Assembly: GCA_964016885.1 (NCBI GenBank) | Contig: OZ024742.1 | Coordinates: 315,890,001-315,954,000, forward strand | DNA from: Eledone cirrhosa | Taxonomy: Eukaryota | Direction: 5' to 3' | Length of the DNA stretch: 64,000 nucleotides | Shown here: positions 1 to 18,000 of the stretch, piece after piece | How positions within the stretch are numbered: position 1 is the first letter of the stretch | Layout of the letters: each line of letters begins with the position of its first letter | The notes under the pieces: generated by a model | Databases searched by the model: none | What the model saw: only the letters and a program-made list of their open reading frames with translations | Told to the model about the DNA's origin: nothing | Translations under genes and position numbers: made by a program

Positions 1-3000
1 AATCACCACCACTGGAAATATTACTATATACACTACCTGGCCACAATCACCACCACTGGAAACATTACTATATACACTACCTGGCCACAATCACCACCAC
101 TGGAAACATTACTATATACACTACCTGGCCACAATCACCACCACTGGAAACATTACTATATACAATACCTAGCCACAATCACCACCACTGGAAACATTAC
201 TATATACAATACCTGGCCACAATCACCACCACTGGAAACATTACTATATACAGTACCTGGCCACAATCACCACCACTGGAAGCATTACTATATACAATAC
301 CCGGCCACAATCACCACCACTGGAAACATTACTATATACACTACCTGGCCACAATCACCACCACTGGAAACATTACTATATACACTACCTGGCCACAATC
401 ACACCTCTGGAAACATTACTATATACACTACCTGGCCACAATCACCACCACTGGAAACATTACTATATACAGTAGCTGGCCACAATCACCACCACTGGAA
501 ACATTACTATATACACTACCTGGCCACAATCAACACCTCTGGAAACTTTACTATATACAGTACCTGTCCACAATCACCACCACTGGAAACATTACTATAT
601 ACACTACCTGGCCACAATCACCACCACTGGAAAGATTACTATATACACTACCTGGCCACAATCACCACCACTGGAAAGATTACTATATACACTACCTGGC
701 CACAATCACCACCTCTGGAAACATTACTATATGCAGTACCTGGCCACAATCACCACCACTGGAAACATTACTATATACAGTACCTGGCCACAATCACCAC
801 CACTGGAAACAATACTATGTACAGTACCTGGCCACAATCACGACCACTGGATACATTACTATATACACTACGTGGCCACAATCACCACCTCTGGAAACAT
901 TACTATATACAGTATCTGGCCACAATCACCACCACTGGAAACATTACTATGTACAGTACCTGGCCACAATCACGACCACTGGATATATTACTATATACAC
1001 TACCTGGCCACAATCACCACCACTGGAAACATTACTATTTACACTACCTGGCCACAATCACCACCACCGGAAACATTACTATATACACTACCTGGCCACA
1101 ATCACCACTACCGGAAACATTACTATATACACTACCTGGCCACAATCACCACCACTGGAAACATTACTATATACAGTACCTGGCCACAATCACCACCACT
1201 GGAAACATTACTATATACAGTACCTGGCCACAATCACCACCACTGGAAACATTACTATTTACACTACCTGGCCACAATCACCACCACCGGAAACATTACT
1301 ATATACACTACCTGGCCACAATCACCACCTCTGGAAACATTACTATATACAGTACCTGGCCACAATCACCACCACTGGAAACATTACTATATACACTACC
1401 TGGTCACAATCACCACCACTGGAAACATTACTATATACAGTACCTGGCCACAATCACCACCACTGGAAACATTACTATATACAGTACCTGGCCACAATCA
1501 CCACCACTGGAAACATTACTATATACAGTACCTGGCCACAATCACCACCACTGGAAACATTACTATATACAGTACATGGCCACAATCACCACCACCGGAA
1601 ACATTACTATATACACTACCTGGCCACAATCACCACCACTGGAAACATTACTATATACAGTAGCTGGCCACAATCACCACCTCTGGAAACATTACTATAT
1701 ACACTACCTGGCCACAATCACCCCCACTGGAAACATTACTATATACACTACCTGGACACAATCACCACCACTGGAAACATTACTATATACACTACCTGGC
1801 CACAATCACCACCACTGGAAACATTACTATATACACTACCTGGACACAATCACCCCCACTGGAAACATTACTATATACACTACCTGGCCACAATCACCAC
1901 CACTGGAAACATTACTATATACAGTAGCTGGCCACAATCACCACCTCTGGAAACATTACTATATACACTACCTGGCCACAATCACCACCACTGGAAACAT
2001 TACTATATACACTACCTGGACACAATCACCCCCACTGGATACATTACTATATACACTACCCGGCCACAATCACCACCTCTGGAAACATTACTATATACAC
2101 TACCTGGCAACAATCACCACCACTGGAAACATTACTATATACACTACCTGGCCACAATCACCACCACTGGAAACGTTACTCTATACACTATCTGGCCACA
2201 ATCACCACCACTGGAAACATTACTATATACACTACCTGGCTACAATCACCACCACTGGAAACATTACTATATACAGTATCTGGCCACAATCACCACCAAT
2301 GGACACATTACTATATACAGTACCTGGCCACAACCACCACCTCTGGAAAGATTACTATATACAGTCCCTGGCCACAATCACCAGCTCTGGAAACATTACT
2401 ATATACACTATCTGGCCACAATACCACTGGAAACATTACTATATACACTACCTGGCAACAATCACCACCTCTGGAAATATTACTATATACACTACCTGGC
2501 CACAATCACCACCACTGGAAACATTACTATATACACTACCTGGCCACAATCACCACCACTGGAAACATTACTATATACACTACCTGGCCACAATCACCAC
2601 CACTGGAAACATTACTATATACAGTACCTGGCCACAATCATCACCTCTGGAAACATTACTATATACACTACCTGGCCACAATCACCACCACTGGAAACAT
2701 TACTATATACACTACCTGGCCACAATCACCACCACCACTGGAAACATTACTATATACACTACCTGGCCACAATCACCACCACTGGAAACATTACTATATA
2801 CACTACCTGGCAACAATCACCACCTCTGGAAATATTACTATATACACTACCTGGCCACAATCACCACCACTGGAAACATTACTATATACACTACCTGGCC
2901 ACAATCACCACCACTGGAAACAATACTATGTACAGAACCTGGCCACAATCACCACCACTGGAAACATTACTATATACAGTATCTGGCCACAATCACCACC

Positions 3001-6000
3001 ACTGGAAATATTACTGTATACACTACCTGGCCACAATCACCACCACTGGAAACATGACTATATACACTACCTAGCCAGAATCATCACCACTGGAAACATT
3101 ACAATATACACTACCTGGCCACTATCACCACCACCGGAAACATTACTATATACACTACCTGGCCACTATCACCACCACTGGAAACATTACTATATACAGT
3201 ACCTGGCCACAATCACCACCACTGGAAACATTACTATATACAGTACCTGACCACAATCACCACCACTGGAAATATTACTATATACAGTACCTGGCCACAA
3301 TCACCACCTCTGGAAACATTACTATATACACTACCTGGCCACAATCACCACCACTGGAAACATTACTATATACACTACCTGGCCACAATCACCACCACCG
3401 GAAACATTACTATATACACTACCTGGCCACTATCACCACCACTGGAAACATTACTATATACACTACCTGGCCACAATCACCACCACTGGAAACATTACTA
3501 TATACACTACCTGGCCACAATCACCACCACTGGAAACATTACTATATACAGTACCTGGCCACAATCACCACCACTGGAAACATTACTATATACACTACCT
3601 GGCCACAATCACCACCACCGGAAACATTACTATATACACTACCTGGCCACAATCACCACCACTGGAAACATTACTATATACAGTACCTGGCCACAATCAC
3701 CACCACCGGAAACATTACTATATACACTACCTGGCCACAATCACCACCTCTGGAAACATTACTATATACACTACCTGGCCACAATCACCACCACCGGAAA
3801 CATTACTATATACACTACCTGGCCACAATCACCAGCACTGGAAACATTACTATATACACTACCTGGCCACAATCACCACCACTGGAAACATTACTATATA
3901 CACTACCTGGCCACAAACACCACCACTGGAAACATTACTATATACACTACCTGGCCACAATTACCACCACTGTAAACATTACTATATACACTACCTGGCC
4001 ACAATCACCACCTCTGGAAACATTACTATATACACTACCTGGCCACAATCACCACCACTGGAAACATTACTATATACAGTACCTGGCCACAATCACCACC
4101 ACTGGAAACATTACTATATACAGTACCTGGCCACAATCACCACCACTGGAAACAATACTATGTACAGTACCTGGCCACAATCACCACCTCTGGAAACATT
4201 ACTATATACAGTACCTGGCCACAATCACCACCACTGGATACATTACTATATACATTACCTGGCCACAATCACCACCACTGGAAACATTACTATATACAGT
4301 ACCTGGCCACAATCACCACCACTGGAAACATTACTATATACACTACCTGGCCACTATCACCACCACTGGAAACATTACTATATACACTACCTGGCCACAT
4401 TCACCACCACTGGAAACATTACTATGTACAGTACCTGGCCACAATCACCACCACTGGAAACAATACTATGTACAGTACCTGGCCACAATCACGACCACTG
4501 GATACATTACTATATACAGTATCTGGCCACAATCACCACCTCTGGAAACATTACTATATACAGTATCTGGCCACAATCACCACCACTGGAAACATTACTA
4601 TATACACTATCTGGCCACAATCACCACCACTGGAAACATTACTATATACAGTACCTGGCCACAATCACCACCACTGGATACATTACTATATACACTACCT
4701 GGCCACAATCACCACCACTGGAAACATTACTATATACAGTACCTGGCCACAATCACCACCACTGGAAACATTACTATATACAGTAGCTGGCCACAATCAC
4801 CACCTCTGGAAACATTACTATATACACTACCTGGCCACAATCACCACCACCGGAACCATTACTATATACACTACCTGCCCACAATCACCACCACTGGAAA
4901 CATTACTATATACACTACCTGCCCACAATCACCACCACTGGAAACATTACTATATACAGTACCTGGCCACAATCACCACCACTGGAAACATTACTATATA
5001 CACTACCTTGCCACAATCACCACCACTGTAAACATTACTATATACACTACCTGGCCACAATCACCACCTCTGGAAACATTACTATATACACTACCTGGCC
5101 ACAATCACCACCACTGGAAACATTACTATATACACTACCTGGCCATAATCACCACCACTGGAAACATTACTATATACAGTACCTGGCCACAATCACCACC
5201 ACTGGAAACATTACTATATACACTACCTGGCCACAATCACCACCACTGGAAACATTACTATATACACTACCTGGCCACAATCACCACCACTGAAAACATT
5301 ACTATATACAGTACCTGGCCACAATCACCAACTCTGGAAACATTACTATATACAGTACCTGGCCACAATTACCACCACTGGAAACATTTCTATATACACT
5401 ACTTGGCCACAATCACCACCACTGGAAACATTACTATATACACTACCTGGCCACAATCAACACCACTGGAAACATTACTATATACACTATCTGGCCACAA
5501 TCACCACCACTGGAAACATTACTATATACACTACCTGGCCACAATCACCACCTCTGGAAACATTACTATATACACTACCTGGCCACAATCATCACCACCG
5601 GAAACATTACTATATACACTACCTGGCCACAATCACCAGCACTGGAAACATTACTATATACACTATCTGGCCACAATCACCACGACTGGAAACGTTACTC
5701 TATACACTACCTGGCCACAATCACCACCTCTGGAAACATTACTATATACATTATCTGGCCACAATCACCACCACTGGAAATATTACTATATACACTACTT
5801 GGCCACAATCATCACCACTGGAAACATTACTATATACACTACCTGGCCACAATCACCACCACTGGAAACATTACTATATACACTACCTGGCCACAATCAC
5901 CACCTCTGGAAACATTACTATATACACTACCTGGCCACAATCACCAGCTCTGGAAACATTACTATATACACTACCTGGCCACAATCAACACCTCTGGAAA

Positions 6001-9000
6001 CATTACTATATACACTCCCTGGCCTCAATCACCAGCACTGGAAACATTACTATATACACTACCTGGCCACAATCACCACCTCTGGAAACATTACTATATA
6101 CACTACCTGGCCACAATCACCACCTCTGGAAACATTACTATATACACTACCTGGCCACAATCACCACCTCTGGAAACATTACTATATACACTACCTGGCC
6201 ACAATCACCACCACTGGAAACATTACTATATACACTACCTGGCCACAATCACCACCACTGGAAACATTACTATATACACTACCTGGCCACAATCACCACC
6301 ACTGGAAACATTACTATATACAGTACCTGGCCACAATCACCACCACTGGAAACATTAATATATACACTACCTGGCCACAATCACCACCACTGGAAACATT
6401 ACTATACACACTACCTGGCCACAATCACCACCACTGGAAACATTACTATATACAGTACCTGGCCACAATCACCACCACTGGAAACATTACTATATACACT
6501 ACCTGGCCACAATCACCACCTCTGGAAACATTACTATATACAGTACCTGGCCACAATCACCACCACTGGAAACATTACTATATACACTACCTGGCCACAA
6601 TCAACACCACTGGAAACATTACTATATACACTATCTGGCCACAATCACCACCACTGGAAACATTACTATATACAGTACCTGGCCACAATCACCACCACTG
6701 GAAACATTACTATATACACTACCTGGCCACAATCACACCTCTGGAAACATTACTATATACACTACCTGGCCACAATCACACCTCTGGAAACATTACTATA
6801 TACACTACCTGGCCACAATCACACCTCTGGAAACATTACTATATACAGTACCTGGCCACAATCACCACCACTGGAAACATTACTATACACTCTACCTGGC
6901 CACAATCACCACCTCTGGAAACATTACTATATACACTACCTGGCCACAATCAAGACCACTGGAAACATTACTATATACACTACCTGGCCACAATCACCAC
7001 CTCTGGAAACATTACTACATACACTACCTGGCCACAACCAGCACCACTGGAACATTACTATATACACTATCTGGCTACAATCACCAGCACTGGAAACATT
7101 ACTATATACACTACCTGGCCTCAATCACCACCACTGGAAAAATTACTATATACACTACCTGGCCACAATCACCACCACTGGAAACATTACTATATACACT
7201 ACCTGGCCACAATCACCACCTCTGGAAACATTACTATATACAGTACCTGGCCACAATCACCACCACTGGAAATATTACTATATACAGTACCTGGCCACAA
7301 TCACCACCACTGGAAACATTACTATATACACTACCTGGCCACAATCACCACCACTGGAAACATTACTATATACAGTACCTGGCCACAATCACCACCACTG
7401 GAAACATTACTATATACACTACCTGGCCACAATCACCACCACTGGAAACATTACTATATACAATACCTGGCCACAATCACCACCACTGGAAACATTACTA
7501 TATACACTACCTGGCCACAATCACCACCACTGGAAACATTACTATATACACTACCTGGCCACAATCACCACCACTGGAAACATTACTATATACACTACCT
7601 GGCCACCATCACCACCACTGGAAACATTACTATATACACTACCTGGCCACAATCACCACCACTGGAAACATTACTATATACAGTACCTGGCCACAATCAC
7701 CACCACTGGAAACATTAATATATACACTACCTGGCCACAATCACCACCACTGGAAACATTACTATATACAGTACCTGGCCACAATCACCACCTCTGGAAA
7801 CATTACTATATACAGTACCTGGCCACAATCACCACCACTGGAAACATTACTATATACACTACCTGGCCACAATCAACACCACTGGAAACATTACTATATA
7901 CACTATCTGGCCACAATCACCACCACTGGAAACATTACTATATACAGTACCTGGCCACAATCACCACCACTGGAAACATTACTATATACACTACCTGGCC
8001 ACAATCACACCTCTGGAAACATTACTATATACACTACCTGGCCACAATCACACCTCTGGAAACATTACTATATACACTACCTGGCCACAATCACACCTCT
8101 GGAAACATTACTATATACAGTACCTGGCCACAATCACCACCACTGGAAACATTACTATACACTCTACCTGGCCACAATCACCACCTCTGGAAACATTACT
8201 ATATACACTACCTGGCCACAATCAAGACCACTGGAAACATTACTATATACACTACCTGGCCACAATCACCACCTCTGGAAACATTACTACATACAGTACC
8301 TGGCCACAACCAGCACCACTGGAACATTACTATATACACTATCTGGCCACAATCACCAGCACTGGAAACATTACTATATACACTACCTGGCCTCAATCAC
8401 CACCTCTGGAAACATTACTATATACAGTACCTGGCCACAATCACCACCACTGGAAATATTACTATATACAGTACCTGGCCACAATCACCACCACTGGAAA
8501 CATTACTATATACACTACCTGGCCACAATCACCAGCACTGGAAACATTACTATATACAGTACCTGGTCACAATCACCACCACTGGAAACATTACTATATA
8601 CACTACCTGGCCACAATCACCACCACTGGAAACATTACTATACACACTACCTGGCCACAATCACCACCACTGGAAACATTACTATATACAGTACCTGGCC
8701 ACAATCACCACCACTGGAAACATTACTATATACACTACCTGGCCACAATCACCACCTCTGGAAACATTACTATATACAGTACCTGGCCACAATCACCACC
8801 ACTGGAAACATTACTATATACACTACCTGGCCACAATCAACACCACTGGAAACATTACTATATACACTATCTGGCCACAATCACCACCACTGGAAACATT
8901 ACTATATACAGTACCTGGCCACAATCACCACCACTGGAAACATTACTATATACACTACCTGGCCACAATCACACCTCTGGAAACATTACTATATACACTA

Positions 9001-12000
9001 CCTGGCCACAATCACACCTCTGGAAACATTACTATATACACTACCTGGCCACAATCACACCTCTGGAAACATTACTATATACAGTACCTGGCCACAATCA
9101 CCACCACTGGAAACATTACTATACACTCTACCTGGCCACAATCACCACCTCTGGAAACATTACTATATACACTACCTGGCCACAATCAAGACCACTGGAA
9201 ACATTACTATATACACTACCTGGCCACAATCACCACCTCTGGAAACATTACTACATACAGTACCTGGCCACAACCAGCACCACTGGAACATTACTATATA
9301 CACTATCTGGCCACAATCACCAGCACTGGAAACATTACTATATACACTACCTGGCCTCAATCACCACCACTGGAAAAATTACTATATACACTACCTGGCC
9401 ACAATCACCACCACTGGAAACATTACTATATACACTACCTGGCCACAATCACCACCTCTGGAAACATTACTATATACAGTACCTGGCCACAATCACCACC
9501 ACTGGAAATATTACTATATACAGTACCTGGCCACAATCACCACCACTGGAAACATTACTATATACACTACCTGGCCACAATCACCACCACTGGAAACATT
9601 ACTATATACAGTACCTGGCCACAATCACCACCACTGGAAACATTACTATATACACTACCTGGCCACAATCACCACCACTGGAAACATTACTATATACAAT
9701 ACCTGGCCACAATCACCACCACTGGAAACATTACTATATACACTACCTGGCCACAATCACCACCACTGGAAACATTACTATATACACTACCTGGCCACAA
9801 TCACCACCACTGGAAACATTACTATATACACTACCTGGCCACCATCACCACCACTGGAAACATTACTCTATACACTACCTGGCCACAATCACCACCTCTG
9901 GAAACATTACTATATACACTACCTGGCCACAATCACCACCTCTGGAAACATTACTATATACACTACCTGGCCACAATCACCACCTCTGGAAACATTACTA
10001 CATACAGTACCTGGCCACAATCACCACCACTGGAAACATTACTATATACACTACCTGGCCACAATCACCAGCACTGGAAACATTACTATATACAGTACCT
10101 GGTCACAATCACCACCACTGGAAACATTACTATATACACTACCTGGCCACAATCACCACCACTGGAAACTTACTATATACACTACCTGGCCACAATCACC
10201 ACCACTGGAAACATTACTATATACAGTACCTGGCCACAATCACCACCACTGGAAACATTACTATATACACTACCTGGCCACAATCACCACCACTGGAAAC
10301 ATTACTATATACAGTACCTGGCCACAATCACCACCACTGGAAACATTACTATATACACTACCTGGCCACAATCACCACCATTGGAAACATTACTATATAC
10401 AGTACCTGGCCACAATCACCACCACTGGAAATATTACTATATACAATACCTGGCCACAATCACCACCACTGGAAACATTACTTTATACACTACCTGGCCA
10501 CAATCACCACCACTGGAAACATTACTATATACACTACCTGGCCACAATCACCACCACTGGAAACATTACTATATACACTACCTGGCCACAATCACCACCA
10601 CTGGAAACATTACTATATACAATACCTAGCCACAATCACCACCACTGGAAACATTACTATATACAATACCTGGCCACAATCACCACCACTGGAAACATTA
10701 CTATATACACTACCTGGCCACAATCACCACCACTGGAAACATTACTATATACACTACCTGGCCACAATCACCACCACTGGAAACATTACTATATACACTA
10801 CCTGGCCACAATCACCACCACTGGAAACATTACTATATACAATACCTGGCCACAATCACCACCACTGGAAACATTACTATATACACTACCTGGCCACCAT
10901 CACCACCACTGGAAACATTACTCTATACACTACCTGGCCACAATCACCACCTCTGGAAACATTACTATATACACTACCTGGCCACAATCACCACCTCTGG
11001 AAACATTACTATATACACTACCTGGCCACCATCACCACCACTGGAAACATTACTCTATACACTACCTGGTCACAATCACCACCACTAGAAACATTACTAT
11101 ATACACTACCTGGCCACAATCACCACCACTGGAAACATTACTATATACACTACCTGGCCACAATCACCACCACTGGAAACATTACTATATACAGTACCTG
11201 GCCACAATCACCACCACTGGAAACATTACTATATACAGTACCTGGACACAATCACCACCACTGGAAACATTACTATATACAGTACCTGGCCACAATCATC
11301 ACCACTGGAAACATTACTATATACACTACCTGGCCACAATCACCACCTCTGGAAACATTACTATATACACTACCTGGCCACAATCACCACCTCTGGAAAC
11401 ATTACTACATACAGTACCTGGCCACAATCACCACCACTGGAAACATTACTATATACACTACCTGGCCACAATCACCAGCACTGGAAACATTACTATATAC
11501 AGTACCTGGTCACAATCACCACCACTGGAAACATTACTATATACACTACCTGGCCACAATCACCACCACTGGAAACTTACTATATACACTACCTGGCCAC
11601 AATCACCACCACTGGAAACATTACTATATACAGTACCTGGCCACAATCACCACCACTGGAAACATTACTATATACACTACCTGGCCACAATCACCACCAC
11701 TGGAAACATTACTATATACAGTACCTGGCCACAATCACCACCACTGGAAACATTACTATATACACTACCTGGCCACAATCACCACCACTGGAAACATTAC
11801 TATATACAGTACCTGGCCACAATCACCACCACTGGAAATATTACTATATACAATACCTGGCCACAATCACCACCACTGGAAACATTACTTTATACACTAC
11901 CTGGCCACAATCACCACCACTGGAAACATTACTATATACACTACCTGGCCACAATCACCACCACTGGAAACATTACTATATACACTACCTGGCCACAATC

Positions 12001-15000
12001 ACCACCACTGGAAACATTACTATATACAATACCTAGCCACAATCACCACCACTGGAAACATTACTATATACAATACCTGGCCACAATCACCACCACTGGA
12101 AACATTACTATATACAGTACCTGGCCACAATCACCACCACTGGAAGCATTACTATATACAATACCCGGCCACAATCACCACCACTGGAAACATTACTATA
12201 TACACTACCTGGCCACAATCACCACCACTGGAAACATTACTATATACACTACCTGGCCACAATCACCACCACTGGAAGCATTACTATATACACTACCTGG
12301 CCACAATCACCACCACTGGAAACATTACTATATACACTACCTGGCCACAATCACCACCACTGGAAACATTACTATATACAGTAGCTGGCCACAATCACCA
12401 CCACTGGAAACATTACTATATACACTACCTGGCCACAATCAACACATCTGGAAACTTTACTATATACAGTACCTGTCCACAATCACCACCACTGGAAACA
12501 TTACTATATACACTACCTGGCCACAATCACCACCACTGGAAACATTACTATATACACTACCTGGCCACAATCACACCTCTGGAAACATTACTATATACAC
12601 TACCTGGCCACAATCACCACCACTGGAAACATTACTATATACAGTAGCTGGCCACAATCACCACCACTGGAAACATTACTATATACACTACCTGGCCACA
12701 ATCAACACCTCTGGAAACTTTACTATATACAGTACCTGTCCACAATCACCACCTCTGGAAACATTACTATATACACTAGCTGGCCACAATCACCACCACT
12801 GGAAACATTACTCTATACACTACCTGGTCACATTCACCACCACTAGAAACATTACTATATACACTACCTGGCCACAATCACCACCACTGGAAACATTACT
12901 ATATACACTACCTGGCCACAATCACCACCACTGGAAACATTACTATATACAGTACCTGGCCACAATCACCACCACTGGAAACATTACTATATACAGTACC
13001 TGGCCACAATCACCACCACTGGAAACATTACTATATACAGTACCTGGCCACAATCATCACCACTGGAAACATTACTATATACACTACCTGGCCACAATCA
13101 CCACCTCTGGAAACATTACTATATACACTACCTGGCCACAATCACCACCTCTGGAAACATTACTACATACAGTACCTGGCCACAATCACCACCACTGGAA
13201 ACATTACTATATACACTACCTGGCCACAATCACCAGCACTGGAAACATTACTATATACAGTACCTGGTCACAATCACCACCACTGGAAACATTACTATAT
13301 ACACTACCTGGCCACAATCACCACCACTGGAAACTTACTATATACACTACCTGGCCACAATCACCACCACTGGAAACATTACTATATACAGTACCTGGCC
13401 ACAATCACCACCACTGGAAACATTACTATATACACTACCTGGCCACAATCACCACCACTGGAAACATTACTATATACAGTACCTGGCCACAATCACCACC
13501 ACTGGAAACATTACTATATACACTACCTGGCCACAATCACCACCACTGGAAACATTACTATATACAGTACCTGGCCACAATCACCACCACTGAAAATATT
13601 ACTATATACAATACCTGGCCACAATCACCACCACTGGAAACATTACTTTATACACTACCTGGCCACAATCACCACCACTGGAAACATTACTATATACACT
13701 ACCTGGCCACAATCACCACCACTGGAAATATTACTATATACACTACCTGGCCACAATCACCACCACTGGAAACATTACTATATACAATACCTAGCCACAA
13801 TCACCACCACTGGAAACATTACTATATACAATACCTGGCCACAATCACCACCACTGGAAACATTACTATATACAGTACCTGGCCACAATCACCACCACTG
13901 GAAGCATTACTATATACAATACCCGGCCACAATCACCACCACTGGAAACATTACTATATACACTACCTGGCCACAATCACCACCACTGGAAACATTACTA
14001 TATACACTACCTGGCCACAATCACACCTCTGGAAACATTACTATATACACTACCTGGCCACAATCACCACCACTGGAAACATTACTATATACAGTAGCTG
14101 GCCACAATCACCACCACTGGAAACATTACTATATACACTACCTGGCCACAATCAACACCTCTGGAAACTTTACTATATACAGTACCTGTCCACAATCACC
14201 ACCACTGGAAACATTACTATATACACTACCTGGCCACAATCACCACCACTGGAAAGATTACTATATACACTACCTGGCCACAATCACCACCACTGGAAAG
14301 ATTACTATATACACTACCTGGCCACAATCACCACCTCTGGAAACATTACTATATGCAGTACCTGGCCACAATCTCCACCACTGGAAACATTACTATATAC
14401 AGTACCTGGCCACAATCACCACCACTGGAAACAATACTATGTACAGTACCTGGCCACAATCACGACCACTGGATACATTACTATATACACTACGTGGCCA
14501 CAATCACCACCTCTGGAAACATTACTATATACAGTATCTGGCCACAATCACCACCACTGGAAACATTACTATGTACACTACCTGGCCACAATCACGACCA
14601 CTGGATACATTACTATATACACTACCTGGCCACAATCACCACCACTGGAAACATTACTATATACAGTACCTAGCCACAATTACCACCACTGGAAACATTA
14701 CTATATACACTACCTGGCCACAATCACCACCACTGGAAACATTACTATATACACTACCTGGACACAATCACCCCCACTGGAAACATTACTATATACACTA
14801 CCCGGCCACAATCACCACCTCTGGAAACATTACTATATACACTACCTGGCCACAATCACCACCTCTGGAAACATTACTATATACACTACCTGGCCACAAT
14901 CACCACCTCTGGAAACATTACTATATACACTATCTGGCCACAATCACCACCACTGGAAACATTACTATATACACTACCTGGCCACAATCACCACCACTGG

Positions 15001-18000
15001 AAACGTTACTCTATACACTATCTGGCCACAATCACCACCACTGGAAACATTACTATATACACTACCTGGCTACAATCACCACCACTGGAAACATTACTAT
15101 ATACAGTATCTGGCCACAATCACCACCAATGGACACATTACTATATACAGTACCTGGCCACAACCACCACCTCTGGAAACATTACTATATACAGTCCCTG
15201 GCGACAATCACCAGCTCTGGAAACATTACTATATACACTATCTGGCCACAATACCACTGGAAACATTACTATATACACTACCTGGCAACAATCACCACCT
15301 CTGGAAATATTACTATATACACTACCTGGCCACAATCACCACCACTGGAAACATTACTATATACACTACCTGGCCACAATCACCACCACTGGAAACATTA
15401 CTATATACACTACCTGGCCACAATCACCACCACTGGAAACATTACTATATACAGTACCTGGCCACAATCATCACCTCTGGAAACATTACTATATACACTA
15501 CCTGGCCACAATCACCACCACTGGAAACATTACTATATACACTACCTGGCCACAATCACCACCACCACTGGAAACATTACTATATACACTACCTGGCCAC
15601 AATCACCACCACTGGAAACATTACTATATACACTACCTGGCAACAATCACCACCTCTGGAAATATTACTATATACACTACCTGGCCACAATCACCACCAC
15701 TGGAAACATTACTATATACACTACCTGGCCACAATCACCACCACTGGAAACATTACTATATACACTACCTGGCCACAATCACCACCACTGGAAACATTAC
15801 TATATACACTACCTGGCCACAATCACCACCACTGGAAACATTACTATATACAGTACCTGGCCACAATCACCACCACTGGAAACATTACTATATACACTAC
15901 CTGGCCACAATCACCACCACTGGAAACATTACTATATACAGTACCTGGCCACAATCACCACCACTGGAAATATTACTATATACAATACCTGGCCACAATC
16001 ACCACCACTGGAAACATTACTTTATACACTACCTGGCCACAATCACCACCACTGGAAACATTACTATATACACTACCTGGCCACAATCACCACCACTGGA
16101 AACATTACTATATACACTACCTGGCCACAATCACCACCACTGGAAACATTACTATATACAATACCTAGCCACAATCACCACCACTGGAAACATTACTATA
16201 TACAATACCTGGCCACAATCACCACCACTGGAAACATTACTATATACAGTACCTAGCCACAATCACCACCACTGGAAACATTACTATATACAGTAGCTGG
16301 CCACAATCACCACCACTGGAAGCATTACTATATACAATACCCGGCCACAATCACCACCACTGGAAACATTACTATATACACTACCTGGCCACAATCACCA
16401 CCACTGGAAGCATTACTATATACAATACCCGGCCACAATCACCACCACTGGAAACATTACTATATACACTACCTGGCCACAATCACCACCACTGGAAACA
16501 TTACTATATACACTACCTGGCCACAATCACCACCACTGGAAGCATTACTATATACACTACCTGGCCACAATCACCACCACTGGAAACATTACTATATACA
16601 CTACCTGGCCACAATCACCACCACTGGAAACATTACTATATACAGTAGCTGGCCACAATCACCACCACTGGAAACATTACTATATACACTACCTGGCCAC
16701 AATCAACACATCTGGAAACTTTACTATATACAGTACCTGTCCACAATCACCACCACTGGAAACATTACTATATACACTACCTGGCCACAATCACCACCAC
16801 TGGAAACATTACTATATACACTACCTGGCCACAATCACACCTCTGGAAACATTACTATATACAGTAGCTGGCCACAATCACCACCACTGGAAACATTACT
16901 ATATACACTACCTGGCCACAATCAACACCTCTGGAAACTTTACTATATACAGTACCTGTCCACAATCACCACCACTGGAAACATTACTATATACACTACC
17001 TGGCCACAATCACCACCACTGGAAAGATTACTATATACACTACCTGGCCACAATCACCACCACTGGAAAGATTACTATATACACTACCTGGCCACAATCA
17101 CCACCTCTGGAAACATTACTATATGCAGTACCTGGCCACAATCTCCACCACTGGAAACATTACTATATACAGTACCTGGCCACAATCACCACCACTGGAA
17201 ACAATACTATGTACAGTACCTGGCCACAATCACGACCACTGGATACATTACTATATACACTACGTGGCCACAATCACCACCTCTGGAAACATTACTATAT
17301 ACAGTATCTGGCCACAATCACCACCACTGGAAACATTACTATGTACACTACCTGGCCACAATCACGACCACTGGATACATTACTATATACACTACCTGGC
17401 CACAATCACCACCACTGGAAACATTACTATATACAGTACCTAGCCACAATTACCACCACTGGAAACATTACTATATACACTACCTGGCCACAATCACCAC
17501 CACTGGAAACATTACTATATACACTACCTGGACACAATCACCCCCACTGGAAACATTACTATATACACTACCCGGCCACAATCACCACCTCTGGAAACAT
17601 TACTATATACACTACCTGGCCACAATCACCACCTCTGGAAACATTACTATATACACTACCTGGCCACAATCACCACCTCTGGAAACATTACTATATACAC
17701 TATCTGGCCACAATCACCACCACTGGAAACATTACTATATACACTACCTGGCCACAATCACCACCACTGGAAACGTTACTCTATACACTATCTGGCCACA
17801 ATCACCACCACTGGAAACATTACTATATACACTACCTGGCTACAATCACCACCACTGGAAACATTACTATATACAGTATCTGGCCACAATCACCACCAAT
17901 GGACACATTACTATATACAGTACCTGGCCACAACCACCACCTCTGGAAACATTACTATATACAGTCCCTGGCGACAATCACCAGCTCTGGAAACATTACT